Below are positions 19,254 to 30,684 of a DNA stretch of 64,000 nt, one piece after another (the first letter of the stretch is position 1; every line of letters begins with the position of its first letter). The stretch comes from an uncultured Lachnospiraceae bacterium (GTDB taxonomy: Bacteria > Bacillota > Clostridia > Oscillospirales > CAG-272). The stretch is from contig CAZLRV010000005.1 in NCBI GenBank assembly GCA_964562175.1, forward strand, positions 34,375 through 98,374. Direction: 5' to 3'. The notes beneath the pieces were generated by a model. The model did no database searches and was not told where the DNA came from. It saw nothing but the letters and a program-made list of their open reading frames with translations. The position numbers and the translations under genes are program-made.

Positions 19254-19736
19254 ATGGCTGTACTGAATATAGTTAAAGAAAGAGAAGAGAATAACGAATC
19301 GCTCCACAGAGTATGCAGACGTGTGGACAGCATAACGCCGAGAATAATAACGCTTCTTGACGATATGATAGAAACACTTCACATAGCTAATGGTTGCGGA
19401 CTCGCCGCACCGCAGGTCGGAGTGAACAGGCGTGTCGTTATAGTTGAGACAGAGCCGGGCGAGATAATAGAGCTTATAAATCCGCAAATAATCGAAATGA
19501 AGGGCAAACAGCAGGAGGTCGAGGGCTGTCTGTCGCTTCCCGGAGAGTGGGGAATAGTCGATCGCCCGATGTGGGTAAAGGTCAGAGCCTTGAACAGACA
19601 CGGCGAGGAAATAACACTTGAGGGCGAGGGACTTAAGGCACGGGCGTTTTGCCATGAGATAGACCATTTGGACGGAATACTGTTTTCCGAGCATGCTTTG
19701 AGAATGCTCTCGCCGGATGAAATAGAGGTCGGCTGA
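19254..19736 (+). CDS. def: peptide deformylase
   Basis: Carries the GLAAPQVG, EGCLSLPG and HEIDHLDG motifs. Confidence 0.95.
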   Translation: MAVLNIVKEREENNESLHRVCRRVDSITPRIITLLDDMIETLHIANGCGLAAPQVGVNRRVVIVETEPGEIIELINPQIIEMKGKQQEVEGCLSLPGEWGIVDRPMWVKVRALNRHGEEITLEGEGLKARAFCHEIDHLDGILFSEHALRMLSPDEIEVG

Positions 19737-20683
19737 TGAGAATACTCTATATGGGTACGCCCGATATTGCAAGGGATATACTTGCGACACTGTGCGATGC
19801 GCAGTATGAGATATGTGCCGTGTTTACACAGCCCGATAAGCCGAAGGGCAGAGGCTATACCATGACCCCTCCGCCGGTAAAGGTATACGCCGATGAGCAT
19901 GGAATACCCGTATTTCAACCGAAAACGCTTAGGGATGAGGAAAGTATAAGTACCCTAAAGGCTCTTGCCCCCGAGCTGATCATAGTTGTCGCCTACGGCA
20001 AAATATTGCCCTCGGAGGTGCTTAAAATACCGCCCATGGGCTGTATAAACGTACACGCGTCGCTTTTGCCCGAATACAGAGGTGCGGCACCGATACAGAG
20101 AAGTATAATGGACGGCAAAAAAGAAACGGGTGTTACGACTATGTTTATGGACGAGGGACTTGATACGGGCGATATGTTGCTTTCCGCCACCGTTGCGATA
20201 GGCGATGACACAAATTACCTTGAGCTTACAAAAAGCCTTGCACAGACAGGCGGGGAATTATTGCTCAAAACCGTAAAACAGCTTGAGTCGGGCTTGCTTC
20301 AAAGGCATAAGCAAGATGATTCGGCGGCAAGCTATGCGGCAAAAATAGAAAAAAGCGAGCTTTTGATTGACTTTACAAGACCCGCAAGGCAAATACACGA
20401 CCTTGTCCGCTCCGTATATCCGTCACTTGCGGCGTATACGTATCTTAATACCTCAAAGGGAAAAAAACAGCTGAAAATAGCGAAAACGCACGTGGCAGAC
20501 GTGATATGCAACGGTAAGCCGGGAGAGATAATAGAGGCAGACGCACGTGCAAAACGCTTGCTCGTTGCCTGCGGAGACGGAGTGCTTCAAATAGATGAGC
20601 TGATACCGGAGGGGAAAAAGCAAATGACGTGTGCCGACTATATAAGAGGTCGTGCCGTGTCAACAGGAGATATTTTAGGTTAA
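19736..20683 (+). CDS. fmt: methionyl-tRNA formyltransferase
   Basis: INVHASLLPEYRGAAPIQ; overlaps the def stop codon in an ATGA arrangement. Confidence 0.95.
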   Translation: MRILYMGTPDIARDILATLCDAQYEICAVFTQPDKPKGRGYTMTPPPVKVYADEHGIPVFQPKTLRDEESISTLKALAPELIIVVAYGKILPSEVLKIPPMGCINVHASLLPEYRGAAPIQRSIMDGKKETGVTTMFMDEGLDTGDMLLSATVAIGDDTNYLELTKSLAQTGGELLLKTVKQLESGLLQRHKQDDSAASYAAKIEKSELLIDFTRPARQIHDLVRSVYPSLAAYTYLNTSKGKKQLKIAKTHVADVICNGKPGEIIEADARAKRLLVACGDGVLQIDELIPEGKKQMTCADYIRGRAVSTGDILG

Positions 20684-21382
20684 ATGTTGAATTATTACTA
20701 TATCGTATTTATGTTGCCCGCCTTTATTTTGGCTATGATATGCCAAATATCGGTAAAGACAACATTTAAGAAATACAGTAAGGTAAAAAATAAATATTGT
20801 ATAAGCGGTGCCGATGCCGCACGTGCGGTGCTTGCCACCGGCTGTGACGGCGTGAGAGCAAGCAATGTACGTGTAACATCGATATCGGGGGAGCTGACAG
20901 ACCGTTTTGATCCGAGAAGCAACGAAATAATGCTTTCGGACGGTGTTTTTTCCGCAAAAACCGTTGCCGCAGTCGGGGTCGCCGCACATGAGGCGGGACA
21001 CGCACTTCAATATGAGCAGGGCTATACGATGATGAAAATTCGTTCGGCGATAATTCCGATATGCAATATCGGGGCATCGCTGACACCGTATCTGATCTTG
21101 ATAGGTCTTGTATTTTCAAATATGTATTTATATCTGCTCGGTATATTCGGATATTGTACGGTCGCATTCTTTCAGCTCGTAACACTTCCCGTAGAGTTCA
21201 ATGCATCGAGGCGTGCCGTTGCCGCAATTAAATCATCCGGTATTTTGACAGATGAAGAGCTTATCGGCGTAAAAAAGGTGCTTACCGCCGCCGCAATGAC
21301 ATATGTTGCCGCATTATTCAGCTCACTTATGCAAATACTCTATTATATAAGCTTGGTTAGCGACAGAAGGGATAAAAGATGA
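20684..21382 (+). CDS. membrane zinc metallopeptidase (Zn_peptidase_2 / YpfJ-like family)
   Basis: HEAGHALQ motif with flanking TM segments; this position between fmt and rsmB is common in Clostridia. Confidence 0.8.
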   Translation: MLNYYYIVFMLPAFILAMICQISVKTTFKKYSKVKNKYCISGADAARAVLATGCDGVRASNVRVTSISGELTDRFDPRSNEIMLSDGVFSAKTVAAVGVAAHEAGHALQYEQGYTMMKIRSAIIPICNIGASLTPYLILIGLVFSNMYLYLLGIFGYCTVAFFQLVTLPVEFNASRRAVAAIKSSGILTDEELIGVKKVLTAAAMTYVAALFSSLMQILYYISLVSDRRDKR

Positions 21383-22677
21383 ATACGACAAGCAGACAGA
21401 TCGCACTGCTTTCACTGTGCAGATACGAGCGGGAAGGGAAATATTCCAACCTCGAAGCAGATGCGGCAATAAAAAAATTCAAGCTTGAGGGTGCGGAAAA
21501 AAAGCTGTATACAAAGCTTTTGTACGGCACTATCGAAAGAAAAATAACACTTGATTATATAATATCGAAGCTGTCCGACAGACCTATTGAGGATATGAGC
21601 CTTCAAATGCGTAATATACTGCGTATGTCGATATATCAAATGCGTTTTCTTGATAAGATACCCGATAACGCCGCAGTGAACGAGGGCGTTGAGCTGGCAA
21701 AGAAATTCGAAAAACCGTCGTCCGCAGCATTTGCAAATGCGATTTTGAGAAGATATGCGGCGTCGGGGGACAAAATAAAGCTTCCGCAAAAAAAGGACGG
21801 CATTATTGAGTATCTGACCGTGAATTATTCCGTAGGAGCGTTTGTTGCCGCATCACTCGTCGAATCGCTCGGCGAGGACGGAGCGGAAAAAATGCTGAAA
21901 AAGATAAACGAGTCGGAGCATTATATTACACTCAGAGTCAATACTCTTGTCACCTCACGTGATGAGCTTATGGAAAAGCTCGGTAACATCGGCGTAAAGA
22001 GCAAAAAATGCAAGCTTTCGCCGTGGGGTATAAATATTGAGAGCTATATAGATATTCCGACACTGTTTGATACGGTGGGAAACGGTGCTTTTATCGAGGA
22101 TGAAGCAAGTCAGGCGGCAATAGCCGCACTTGCGCCGAGTGCGGGACAGCTTGTAGTCGATGTCTGCGCCGCACCGGGTGGCAAAACGGTAAGCTGTGCC
22201 ATTGCAATGGAAAACAGCGGAAAAATATATGCATATGATATGCACCAAAGCAAGATAAAGCTGATAGACGATGCCGCAAACAGAATGGGAGTCGATATTG
22301 TCGAGTCCTCTTGCAGAAATGCGAAAACGCCCAATGAGGAGCTGTATGGCAAGGCAGACAGAGTCATATGCGACGTTCCATGCTCAAATCTCGGCGTTAT
22401 CGGCAAAAAGCCCGAGGTGAGATATAAAGACTTATCGGATATAGACAGACTCATTGCTACACAACGAGAGATATTGACGCAAAGCTTGAAATATTTGAAG
22501 AAGCACGGCAGATTGCTTTATTCCACTTGCACAATAAACAAAAAAGAAAATGGCGATACCGTCAGAGAGCTGCTCGAAAAAAACACGGATTATTCGCTTA
22601 TATACGAAAGAACCCTTACACCGTGCGATGACGGCTGTGACGGCTTTTATGTGGCAGTGATAGAAAAAAATGATTGA
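21379..22677 (+). CDS. rsmB: 16S rRNA (cytosine967-C5)-methyltransferase
   Basis: NusB-like N-terminal domain, a SAM site DVCAAPGGKT, and DVPCSNLGV...YSTCT. Confidence 0.92.
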   Translation: MNTTSRQIALLSLCRYEREGKYSNLEADAAIKKFKLEGAEKKLYTKLLYGTIERKITLDYIISKLSDRPIEDMSLQMRNILRMSIYQMRFLDKIPDNAAVNEGVELAKKFEKPSSAAFANAILRRYAASGDKIKLPQKKDGIIEYLTVNYSVGAFVAASLVESLGEDGAEKMLKKINESEHYITLRVNTLVTSRDELMEKLGNIGVKSKKCKLSPWGINIESYIDIPTLFDTVGNGAFIEDEASQAAIAALAPSAGQLVVDVCAAPGGKTVSCAIAMENSGKIYAYDMHQSKIKLIDDAANRMGVDIVESSCRNAKTPNEELYGKADRVICDVPCSNLGVIGKKPEVRYKDLSDIDRLIATQREILTQSLKYLKKHGRLLYSTCTINKKENGDTVRELLEKNTDYSLIYERTLTPCDDGCDGFYVAVIEKND

Positions 22678-23707
22678 TATATTATCGCTTGACAAAATCG
22701 AGCTTGAACAATTATTAACGGATATAGGTCAACCGAAATACAGAGCGAAGCAGATATTCAAATGGCTACATTCCGGTGTCGGATTTGAAGAAATGACAAA
22801 TTTGCCGAACACACTGCGCCTATATTTAGCGGAAAACGCATATATCGCAACGCCGAGCGTGGCAAAAAAGCTCGTATCACGTGACGGAACGATAAAATAC
22901 TTGATGAGAATGAACGACGGCGAGGTAGTGGAAAGCGTGCTTATGAGGTATAAGCACGGAAACAGCGTTTGTATTTCATCGCAAGTAGGCTGTCGCATGG
23001 GCTGTAAATTCTGTGCATCAACGCTTAAGGGCTTAAAGCGTTCGCTTGCCCCGTCCGAGCTGCTCGGTCAAATACTTGCAATACAGAAGGACAGCGGGGA
23101 AAGAGTTTCAAATATCGTTATGATGGGAATAGGTGAGCCGCTTGACAATTACGATAATACGGTGAAGTTTTTGCATTTGGTAAGCTGTGAGGACGGGCTT
23201 AATATCGGTTTAAGACATATTTCGGTTTCAACGTGCGGTATAGTGCCTAAAATATACGAATTGGCAAAACAGGGCTTGCCCGTAACTCTGTCGATATCGC
23301 TCCATGCGGTAAATGACGAGGTGCGAAGCTCCATTATGCCGATAAATAATAAATATAAAATATCTCAGCTTCTCGGTGCTTGTCATGATTATTTTAAGGA
23401 AACGGGACGGAGAATATCGTTTGAATATACGCTTATATCGGGTATAAACGACAGCGAGAGCCAAGCGTGCGAGCTTGCACGCCTACTTCATTACCATTTA
23501 AGGGATATGCCCGTACACGTCAATCTGATACCGATAAACGAGGTAAAGGAAAGAGGCTTCAAAAAAGGCAGTGCCGACTCGATAAGAGCTTTTGAATCGA
23601 AGCTGAATTCCATGGGTATTACGGCTACGGTCAGAAGGAGTCTCGGTTCGGATATAAACGCCTCGTGCGGACAGCTGAGAAACTCATACGAGCAAGAGCA
23701 TAATTAA
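22670..23707 (+). CDS. rlmN: 23S rRNA/tRNA (adenine-C2)-methyltransferase, radical SAM
   Basis: CISSQVGCRMGCKFCAS together with the GMGEPLDNY motif. Confidence 0.95.
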   Translation: MIDILSLDKIELEQLLTDIGQPKYRAKQIFKWLHSGVGFEEMTNLPNTLRLYLAENAYIATPSVAKKLVSRDGTIKYLMRMNDGEVVESVLMRYKHGNSVCISSQVGCRMGCKFCASTLKGLKRSLAPSELLGQILAIQKDSGERVSNIVMMGIGEPLDNYDNTVKFLHLVSCEDGLNIGLRHISVSTCGIVPKIYELAKQGLPVTLSISLHAVNDEVRSSIMPINNKYKISQLLGACHDYFKETGRRISFEYTLISGINDSESQACELARLLHYHLRDMPVHVNLIPINEVKERGFKKGSADSIRAFESKLNSMGITATVRRSLGSDINASCGQLRNSYEQEHN

Positions 23708-23750
23708 GCACAACGCTTTCTATAAGCGATAACGCCAAACGGAGAGGATT

Positions 23751-24512
23751 ATGAAATTATTCGGTCTGACAGACAAGGGAAAAACAAGAGCGGAAAACCA
23801 AGATACGTTCAGAATTGAAGAGCTTTCCGAAAAGGTGAGCCTTTGTACCGTCTGTGACGGTATGGGCGGCGCCAATGCGGGAGATCAGGCAAGTATGCTT
23901 GCCGTGTACGTATACAACACGACCGTTATTCAGGTTTTAAAAAAGCATAGCGACGAGGAATTTGTACCGAGTATAAGTCCCCAACAACTGAGAAGACTTT
24001 TTATGTCCGCCGTCAGCCGTGCAAATACAGCGGTATTTGAAAAGAGCAAGACCTCGCCGCTTCTTGAGGGCATGGGAACGACGCTTGTTTCGGCACTCGT
24101 CACGCCCGAGGCGATATATGCGCTTAACGTGGGCGACAGCAGAATGTACGGTTCAAAGGACGGCACGCTTGAACAGATAACCAAGGACCATTCTTATGTG
24201 CAATATCTCGTTGACGAGGGCGTTATCGAACCTGACAAGGCGGCAAATCACCCGAAAAAGAACATAATCACACGTGCCGTCGGCACCAACGATTATACCG
24301 AAGCGGATTATTATGAAATACCGTGCGACAAATACGACAAAATATTGCTATGCTCCGACGGGCTGAGCAATTTCGTTTCCGATGAGGAGATAAACGAAAT
24401 AATAAAGCTTGATGTCGCAGAGGCGGTACATAGACTTATTGAACGTGCAAATGAAAACGGCGGCGGAGATAACATAACCGCTGTGCTGGTTTCGTTGCGG
24501 GAGGTTGAATAA
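23751..24512 (+). CDS. stp: PP2C-family Ser/Thr phosphatase
   Basis: VCDGMGG, LCSDGL and GGGDNITAV motifs; adjacent to prkC. Confidence 0.92.
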   Translation: MKLFGLTDKGKTRAENQDTFRIEELSEKVSLCTVCDGMGGANAGDQASMLAVYVYNTTVIQVLKKHSDEEFVPSISPQQLRRLFMSAVSRANTAVFEKSKTSPLLEGMGTTLVSALVTPEAIYALNVGDSRMYGSKDGTLEQITKDHSYVQYLVDEGVIEPDKAANHPKKNIITRAVGTNDYTEADYYEIPCDKYDKILLCSDGLSNFVSDEEINEIIKLDVAEAVHRLIERANENGGGDNITAVLVSLREVE

Positions 24513-26419
24513 TGGAAGATTACAGCAGATATGTCGGTAAAATGATAGACGGACGTTTTAAAATACAAAGAGTGGTCGGCAGTGGCGGCATGGCAGTCGT
24601 ATTTCAAGCTGAGGATACCGTGCTGAACAAGACCGTTGCGGTAAAGCTGCTTAAGGAAGATAAACAGAACGATCCGGCTTATATAAGAAGCTTTATCAAT
24701 GAATCAAAAGCGGTTGCGATGCTCTGCCACGAAAATATCGTACACATATACGATGTTTCGGTAAAGGACAAAATGCAATATATCGTAATGGAGTATATCG
24801 AGGGAATAACGCTCAAAACATACTTAAAAAGAAAAGGCGGTATACTCGATTGGCGTGAAACGCTCTCCATTACCGAGCAGATACTTCGTGCATTGGATCA
24901 CGCTCATTCAAAGGGTGTGATACACAGAGATATTAAACCGCAAAATATTATGCTATTGCGTAACGGACTTATAAAGGTAGCCGATTTCGGAATTGCAAAG
25001 CTTCCTGAGGGAGATACGATGACGAATACGAACCGTGCAATAGGTACGGTGCATTATATAAGCCCCGAACAGGCAAGAAGCGAGCCTATAGACAGAAAGA
25101 GCGACTTGTATTCCGTCGGCGTTATGATGTATGAGCTTGCTTGCGGTAAGCTTCCGTTTACGGCAGAATCTCCCGTTTCCGTTGCTCTTAAGCAGGTGGG
25201 CGAGCAAGCGGTGCCGCCGCGTGAGGTAAATCCCGAGCTTCCCGTCGGTATGGAGCAGATAATAATGCGTGCAATGGAGAAGAACCCCGACAGAAGATAT
25301 CAAAGTGCAAAAGCAATGCTAAGACACGTCAGCGCATTGAAGGAAAATCCGAAGCTCCGCTTCAAAAATCCGTTTGATGAGGAGAATGAGGACGAGGACA
25401 ATTATGTATCAACAGACGGCTCGGATAAAGCGATTGCGGTAGAGGGTCGTGCGATATTGCCGGTAATACTCGGTGTGCTTTCCTCGTTCTTGGTCGTTGC
25501 CGTAATACTTGCATTTCTTGTGTTCAACAAGCTCTCCGAGTCAATGAACAATACAAGCTCCAAGACCGTTGTGGTTGAAGATTACGTCGGACGGGTGCTT
25601 GACGATAATTTGCGCAAACAGCTTGAGGATATGGGCTACAGGATAACCGAATACACGGGAGTGGGCGAGGACGGAACATTGCTCAATCAGATAGTAGAGC
25701 AGAGCCTGACTCCCGGAAGCAGCGAGAAATACGTTCCCGGCGAGAAATATATAGATATGGTATTTTATCTGTATAAAGGCTCAAACACCGTAAAGCTTCC
25801 CGATTTCAGATATAAAAGATATTCGGAGGTCAAGACCGAATATATGAATATGTACGATATCAAGGTCGAGAGGATATACGACGATTTTATACCGACCGAT
25901 TACGTTATTAAAACAGATCCCGCCGCCGGAAGCGATGTTACCGTCGGTTCATCTATAAAGCTGTACGTGAGCAACGGCACGGATATGTCATCGTCAAGCA
26001 AAAAGAAAATGACAAACCTTGTCGGAATGAATGCCGCAGAAGCGCGTCAATGGCTGATCGATAACGGCTTTAAGCTCGGCTATATAAACTTCGAGGAATC
26101 CGACACTTACGAAAAAGACATTATTTGCTACCAAAGCGTAAATGTGGGTAAGGAGCTTCCCGAAGGCTCGAACGTTGATATAACGGTAAGCCTCGGCAGG
26201 TTTATCAATATGATCGACCTTAAGGGAATGAGTGAGACAGACGCTAAAAAATGGATAGAGGATAACGGGCTGATAGTCGGCAATATTAAATATAAAAAAT
26301 CCGATGCGGAGAATTATACCATTATTTCTCAAAGTATTGACCCCGATACCAAAGTAGGCTCCGGCAGTACTGTCGATCTTGAAATAGCGTCCGACAGCGT
26401 GTTCGATTGGCTTTCGTGA
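24512..26419 (+). CDS. prkC: PASTA-domain Ser/Thr protein kinase
   Basis: Hanks kinase motifs GSGGMAVV, HRDIKPQN and DFGIA. One TM segment (ILPVILGVLSSFLVVAVILAFLVF) is followed by three PASTA-like repeats. Confidence 0.93.
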   Translation: MEDYSRYVGKMIDGRFKIQRVVGSGGMAVVFQAEDTVLNKTVAVKLLKEDKQNDPAYIRSFINESKAVAMLCHENIVHIYDVSVKDKMQYIVMEYIEGITLKTYLKRKGGILDWRETLSITEQILRALDHAHSKGVIHRDIKPQNIMLLRNGLIKVADFGIAKLPEGDTMTNTNRAIGTVHYISPEQARSEPIDRKSDLYSVGVMMYELACGKLPFTAESPVSVALKQVGEQAVPPREVNPELPVGMEQIIMRAMEKNPDRRYQSAKAMLRHVSALKENPKLRFKNPFDEENEDEDNYVSTDGSDKAIAVEGRAILPVILGVLSSFLVVAVILAFLVFNKLSESMNNTSSKTVVVEDYVGRVLDDNLRKQLEDMGYRITEYTGVGEDGTLLNQIVEQSLTPGSSEKYVPGEKYIDMVFYLYKGSNTVKLPDFRYKRYSEVKTEYMNMYDIKVERIYDDFIPTDYVIKTDPAAGSDVTVGSSIKLYVSNGTDMSSSSKKKMTNLVGMNAAEARQWLIDNGFKLGYINFEESDTYEKDIICYQSVNVGKELPEGSNVDITVSLGRFINMIDLKGMSETDAKKWIEDNGLIVGNIKYKKSDAENYTIISQSIDPDTKVGSGSTVDLEIASDSVFDWLS

Positions 26420-27327
26420 TGAATGAGATGAGAGGCAAGGTAACACTCGGAGTAGGCGGAAAATATACCGTTTGCTCCGAGTCGGGCGAGGTCTGCGAAA
26501 AATGTCACGCGAGAGGCGTTTTCAGACATGAAAAAATAAAAGTCTTGCCCGGTGACGAGGTAAAGGTTGAGCGAATAGGCGAAGAATACTGTATTACAGA
26601 GGTGTTCGAGCGGAAAAATTCACTTATCAGACCGCCGATGGCAAATCTTGACAATATGTTTATCATTCTCAGTGCGTGCAGTCCGTTGCCCGATACCGTG
26701 TATGCGGACAAGCTGACGGCTATTTGCATACACAATAATATAAAGCCGATAATCGTTATCACGAAGTCTGAGCTTGACGATAAGCTTTCGCATGAGCTGT
26801 ATAGTATTTATTCCTCCGTCGGCTTCGATACTTTCATCGTTTCATCGAAAAACGGTGGCGGCATTGATGAGCTTGGGGAATATATAAGAATACATACGCC
26901 GAACACAACTTCGGCATTTGCGGGAGCGTCGGGAGCCGGAAAGTCAACATTGATAAATACTTTGTTTCCGAGCCTTGATTGTGAAGTCGGGCAGATCAGC
27001 CAAAGGATCGAGCGAGGAAAAAACACGACGAGAAAAATACAGCTTTTCCGTCTTGACAATAATGCCTATCTTGCGGATACGCCGGGCTTTTCAATGCTCG
27101 ACCTTGAGCATTTTGATTTTTTCGATGTCGATGACTTGCCGTATCTTTTCCCCGAATATGAAAAATATCTTTTCGGATGCAAATACAAAAAGTGTACGCA
27201 CACAAAGGAGGACGGCTGTGAAATAATAAAAGCCGTTGAGTCGGGCAAACTGTCACGAGTGCGGCACGAAAGCTATGTTAAAATATTCGGCGACCTCAAA
27301 GAAAAAAAGAAATGGGAATATAAATAA
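26407..27327 (+). CDS. rsgA: ribosome small-subunit-dependent GTPase A
   Basis: Circularly permuted GTPase: VITKSELDD, AGASGAGKSTLIN, DTPGF, and the Zn knuckle CKYKKCTHTKEDGC. The exact start (26407 versus 26419/26428) is uncertain. Confidence 0.9.
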   Translation: MAFVMNEMRGKVTLGVGGKYTVCSESGEVCEKCHARGVFRHEKIKVLPGDEVKVERIGEEYCITEVFERKNSLIRPPMANLDNMFIILSACSPLPDTVYADKLTAICIHNNIKPIIVITKSELDDKLSHELYSIYSSVGFDTFIVSSKNGGGIDELGEYIRIHTPNTTSAFAGASGAGKSTLINTLFPSLDCEVGQISQRIERGKNTTRKIQLFRLDNNAYLADTPGFSMLDLEHFDFFDVDDLPYLFPEYEKYLFGCKYKKCTHTKEDGCEIIKAVESGKLSRVRHESYVKIFGDLKEKKKWEYK

Positions 27328-27358
27328 AAAAAGCTCCTTGCATATGCAAGGAGCTTTT
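27326..27358. terminator. bidirectional rho-independent terminator
   Basis: Perfect palindrome gctccttgcatatgcaaggagc (27333-27354), flanked by an A-run upstream and a T-run downstream, between convergent rsgA and clpX. Confidence 0.9.
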
Positions 27359-27360
27359 CA

Positions 27361-28677
27361 TCAAGACTCTGTGATGGGTTCGGGCTGCTTTTTTTGTATT
27401 CGCACATCTCCCGTTTTATTTACGTAATCCGCAGTTATAGTAACGCTCCGAATCGTATCGTCCGACGGGACATCGTACATAACATCGAGCATTAGACCTT
27501 CGATTATCGAGCGAAGTCCTCTTGCACCGGTGCCACGCTCAATTGCAAGCTTTGCAATTGCTTCAAGCGCATCGGGGTCAAAATTAAGCTCTACGCCGTC
27601 CATTCCGAGAAGTGCCGAGTACTGTTTGACGAGTGAGTTTTTAGGCTCGCTCAAAATCTTAGACAAAGCGGAAACATCAAGATTGTCAAGGCTCGTTATG
27701 ACCGGTAGTCTGCCGACAAGCTCGGGTATTAAGCCGTATTTGACAATATCAGCCGCAATTACATGACGGTATATCTGCGTTTTATCGGAAATATCGGCTT
27801 TTTTCTGCTCGTTGCCGAAGCCTATGACGGCATTTCCCATTCTGCGTTCGATTATATCGGAAAGCCCGTCAAAGGCTCCGCCGCATATGAACAGAATGTT
27901 TTCGGTGTTTATTTGAATAAATTCTTGATTTGGGTGCTTACGTCCGCCCTGCGGCGGTACGTTCGAAACGGTACCCTCAAGAATCTTCAAAAGAGCTTGC
28001 TGTACGCCCTCGCCCGATACGTCACGTGTGATGGAACGGTTCTCGCTTTTGCGTGATATTTTATCTATCTCATCAATATATATAATTCCTCGCTCGGCAA
28101 GTGAAATGTCGTAATCGGCGGCTTGTATCAGCCTGAGCAATATGTTCTCAACGTCCTCACCGACATATCCCGCTTCCGTAAGCGTAGTCGCATCGGCAAT
28201 GGCAAAGGGAACCTTCATTGTCTTTGCAAGCGTTTGCGCAATGTACGTTTTACCCACGCCCGTCGGACCGAGCAAAAGTACATTGCTTTTTTGTATTTCA
28301 ACGTCCCCGATCTCGCCGGTACTTTTACTGCCTTTTTTGCGTTTCGTCGCTTTTTGTTGCGCTTTCTTGTGCAAAATTCGCTTGTAATGATTGTATACCG
28401 CTACCGAAAGTGCGATCTTCGCATCGTCTTGACCGATAACATACTCATCAAGCGTTGCTTTTATCTCCTTTGGCTTGGGGAGAGATTGCATTGTCAGCTC
28501 ATCCGAATCATCGGATGCATTGGATAAAGCGCTGTCGTTTATGATATCGTTGCAGACCTGAACGCATATATCGCAGATAAACGCACCGGTGGGTGAAGGA
28601 ATAAGGTAATTGACCTGCTCCTCAACACGTCCGCAAAAGGAACAGCGGCGCTGTGTGGTTTTGCTATTTGATGCCAT
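27361..28677 (-). CDS. clpX: ATP-dependent Clp protease ATP-binding subunit ClpX
   Basis: N-terminal zinc finger CSFCGR...CDIC and Walker A GPTGVGKT, in tig-clpP-clpX order. Confidence 0.97.
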   Translation of the reverse strand: MASNSKTTQRRCSFCGRVEEQVNYLIPSPTGAFICDICVQVCNDIINDSALSNASDDSDELTMQSLPKPKEIKATLDEYVIGQDDAKIALSVAVYNHYKRILHKKAQQKATKRKKGSKSTGEIGDVEIQKSNVLLLGPTGVGKTYIAQTLAKTMKVPFAIADATTLTEAGYVGEDVENILLRLIQAADYDISLAERGIIYIDEIDKISRKSENRSITRDVSGEGVQQALLKILEGTVSNVPPQGGRKHPNQEFIQINTENILFICGGAFDGLSDIIERRMGNAVIGFGNEQKKADISDKTQIYRHVIAADIVKYGLIPELVGRLPVITSLDNLDVSALSKILSEPKNSLVKQYSALLGMDGVELNFDPDALEAIAKLAIERGTGARGLRSIIEGLMLDVMYDVPSDDTIRSVTITADYVNKTGDVRIQKKQPEPITES

Positions 28678-28685
28678 AACTATCC

Positions 28686-29273
28686 TTACTGTTTATTAAC
28701 GATGATCTTATCTATAAGACCGTATTCAAGTGCCTGCTCGGCGATGAGATAATTATCACGGTCGGTATCTATACATACCTGCTCGTAAGACTTGCCCGTG
28801 TTTGCGGCAAGAATACGATTCATCTTTTCGCGTATCTGAATTATGTGGTCGGCGTGTATCTTGATATCCGATGCTTGACCGCCGAGTCCGTTCATGAGCG
28901 GCTGATGTATCATTATCTCACTGTTGGGCAGTGCAAAACGCTTGCCCTTTGTACCTGCGGCGAGCAGAAACGAACCCATGCTTGCCGCCATACCGATGCA
29001 TATGGTCGAAACGTCGCACTTGATATAATTCATGGTGTCGTAAATAGCCATACCGTCGGATATGGAGCCGCCGGGGCTGTTTATATAGAAATAAATATCT
29101 TTATCGGGGTCCTGAGCCTCAAGAAACAGAAGCTGTGCCACGATAAGAGCCGATGTCGTGGGGTTTACATCCTCATAAAGAAGAATTATTCTGTCCGTCA
29201 AAAGACGGGAGAAAATGTCATATGAGCGTTCTCCCCTGTTTGTCTGTTCAATGACATAAGGTATGCTTGGCAT
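28686..29273 (-). CDS. clpP: ATP-dependent Clp protease proteolytic subunit
   Basis: GMAASMGS carries the Ser nucleophile; IMIHQP and ERDNYL-like motifs are also present. Confidence 0.97.
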   Translation of the reverse strand: MPSIPYVIEQTNRGERSYDIFSRLLTDRIILLYEDVNPTTSALIVAQLLFLEAQDPDKDIYFYINSPGGSISDGMAIYDTMNYIKCDVSTICIGMAASMGSFLLAAGTKGKRFALPNSEIMIHQPLMNGLGGQASDIKIHADHIIQIREKMNRILAANTGKSYEQVCIDTDRDNYLIAEQALEYGLIDKIIVNKQ

Positions 29274-29297
29274 TATGTCTCCTTTCGATTATCGAAA

Positions 29298-30602
29298 TTA
29301 TTCTGCCTGTTCTGCGTCTTCTATAATATTTATAACGGCGTTTTCTTTAACAAGCTCCGATGCCTTTCTTACCTTTATATCCTCCATAAGATCGGCAGCT
29401 ATGATAGCCTGCTTAACTTTCTCAACGTCCATTTCGTACATATTGGCTATTTCGGTATACTCGTTTTCGATATCCTCTTCGGTTACGTTGATCTCCTCGG
29501 CTTTTGCTATTTCCTCAAGGATAAGACGGAGCTTTACCTGCTTTTCGGATTGGGGACGAGCGCTTTCTTTAAGCTGAGCAATGGTCATACCGGTGTACTT
29601 GAGGTACATATCGAGCGAAATACCCTGCTGTGCAAGACGAGCCTCGTAGTTGCGCATCTCATTTTCAACCTCGTTGTCTACCATGGGGGCGGGAACGTCT
29701 ATCTCCGTCGATGCGATGAGATGATCCATTATCTGCTCTTCGGTTATGTTTGCGGCTATCTTTTCGTTTCTTTCCTCGATTTTAGCCTTCATATCCGCTT
29801 TGTATTCATCGATCGTATCAAAATCGGATACATCCTTTGCAAATTCGTCATCAAGCTCGGGAAGCTCCTCAAATTCTATCTTGTGAAGCTTGCAAGCAAA
29901 TACGGCATCCTTGCCCGAAAGCTCCTCGGAATGATACTCGGTGGGGAAGGTTACGTTTACATCGAACTCATCGCCGATATTTTTGCCGACTATCTGCTCC
30001 TCAAAGCCGGGGATGAATTGACCGGAACCGAGAGTAAGCTTCTGCTCGTCAGCCGTGCCACCCTCAAACTTAACGCCGTCAACCGAGCCGGAATAATCTA
30101 TCGTAACGGTGTCGCCCATTTCAGCCGCACGGTCGGTTATCTCTACCATACGTGAATTTCTGTGTCTTATCTTGTCTATTTCGGCGTCAACATCGGCATC
30201 CGTGGTCTGTTTAACCTGCTTGTCGGCTTTTATTCCCTTGTACTCGCCGAGTGCTATTTCGGGACGAATGTAGAATTTCGCTTTTATAACGAAGCCCTCG
30301 GCATCGTGTGCATCAAAGTCGAATTCGGGCGTGTTTACAGGCTCAAGCTCCGCCTCTTCAAGTGCATCCTCAAGCACCTCGGGAAGTATATCGTTTATTG
30401 CATCGTTGTAGAAGAAATCGGCACCGTACATTTTTTCGATTATGGTTCTGGGAGCCTTGCCCTTGCGGAAGCCCGGCACGTTTATTTTATGTGCGTTTCT
30501 CTTATATGCGTCACTTACGGCTTTCTCAAACGCTTCACGCTCTATAAGAATCTCAAGCTCACGCATATTTTTTTCGGGAGTGGTTACATTTCTTAGCTTC
30601 AT
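29298..30602 (-). CDS. tig: trigger factor
   Basis: 434 aa with GFRKGKAPR and a central FKBP-like domain; lies upstream of clpP. Confidence 0.95.
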   Translation of the reverse strand: MKLRNVTTPEKNMRELEILIEREAFEKAVSDAYKRNAHKINVPGFRKGKAPRTIIEKMYGADFFYNDAINDILPEVLEDALEEAELEPVNTPEFDFDAHDAEGFVIKAKFYIRPEIALGEYKGIKADKQVKQTTDADVDAEIDKIRHRNSRMVEITDRAAEMGDTVTIDYSGSVDGVKFEGGTADEQKLTLGSGQFIPGFEEQIVGKNIGDEFDVNVTFPTEYHSEELSGKDAVFACKLHKIEFEELPELDDEFAKDVSDFDTIDEYKADMKAKIEERNEKIAANITEEQIMDHLIASTEIDVPAPMVDNEVENEMRNYEARLAQQGISLDMYLKYTGMTIAQLKESARPQSEKQVKLRLILEEIAKAEEINVTEEDIENEYTEIANMYEMDVEKVKQAIIAADLMEDIKVRKASELVKENAVINIIEDAEQAE

Positions 30603-30684
30603 TTTTCAAAATCCTCGTAATTTTATATTATATCAAATCTATTGTACATAAAAAATATGTTTTGTCAATGTTCTTGCATAAAAA

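Noticed and set aside
19080-19790. 236-aa minus-strand ORF across the priA/def/fmt junction
   Set aside because: It overlaps three strongly supported plus-strand genes and has no motif or RBS. It is a shadow ORF.
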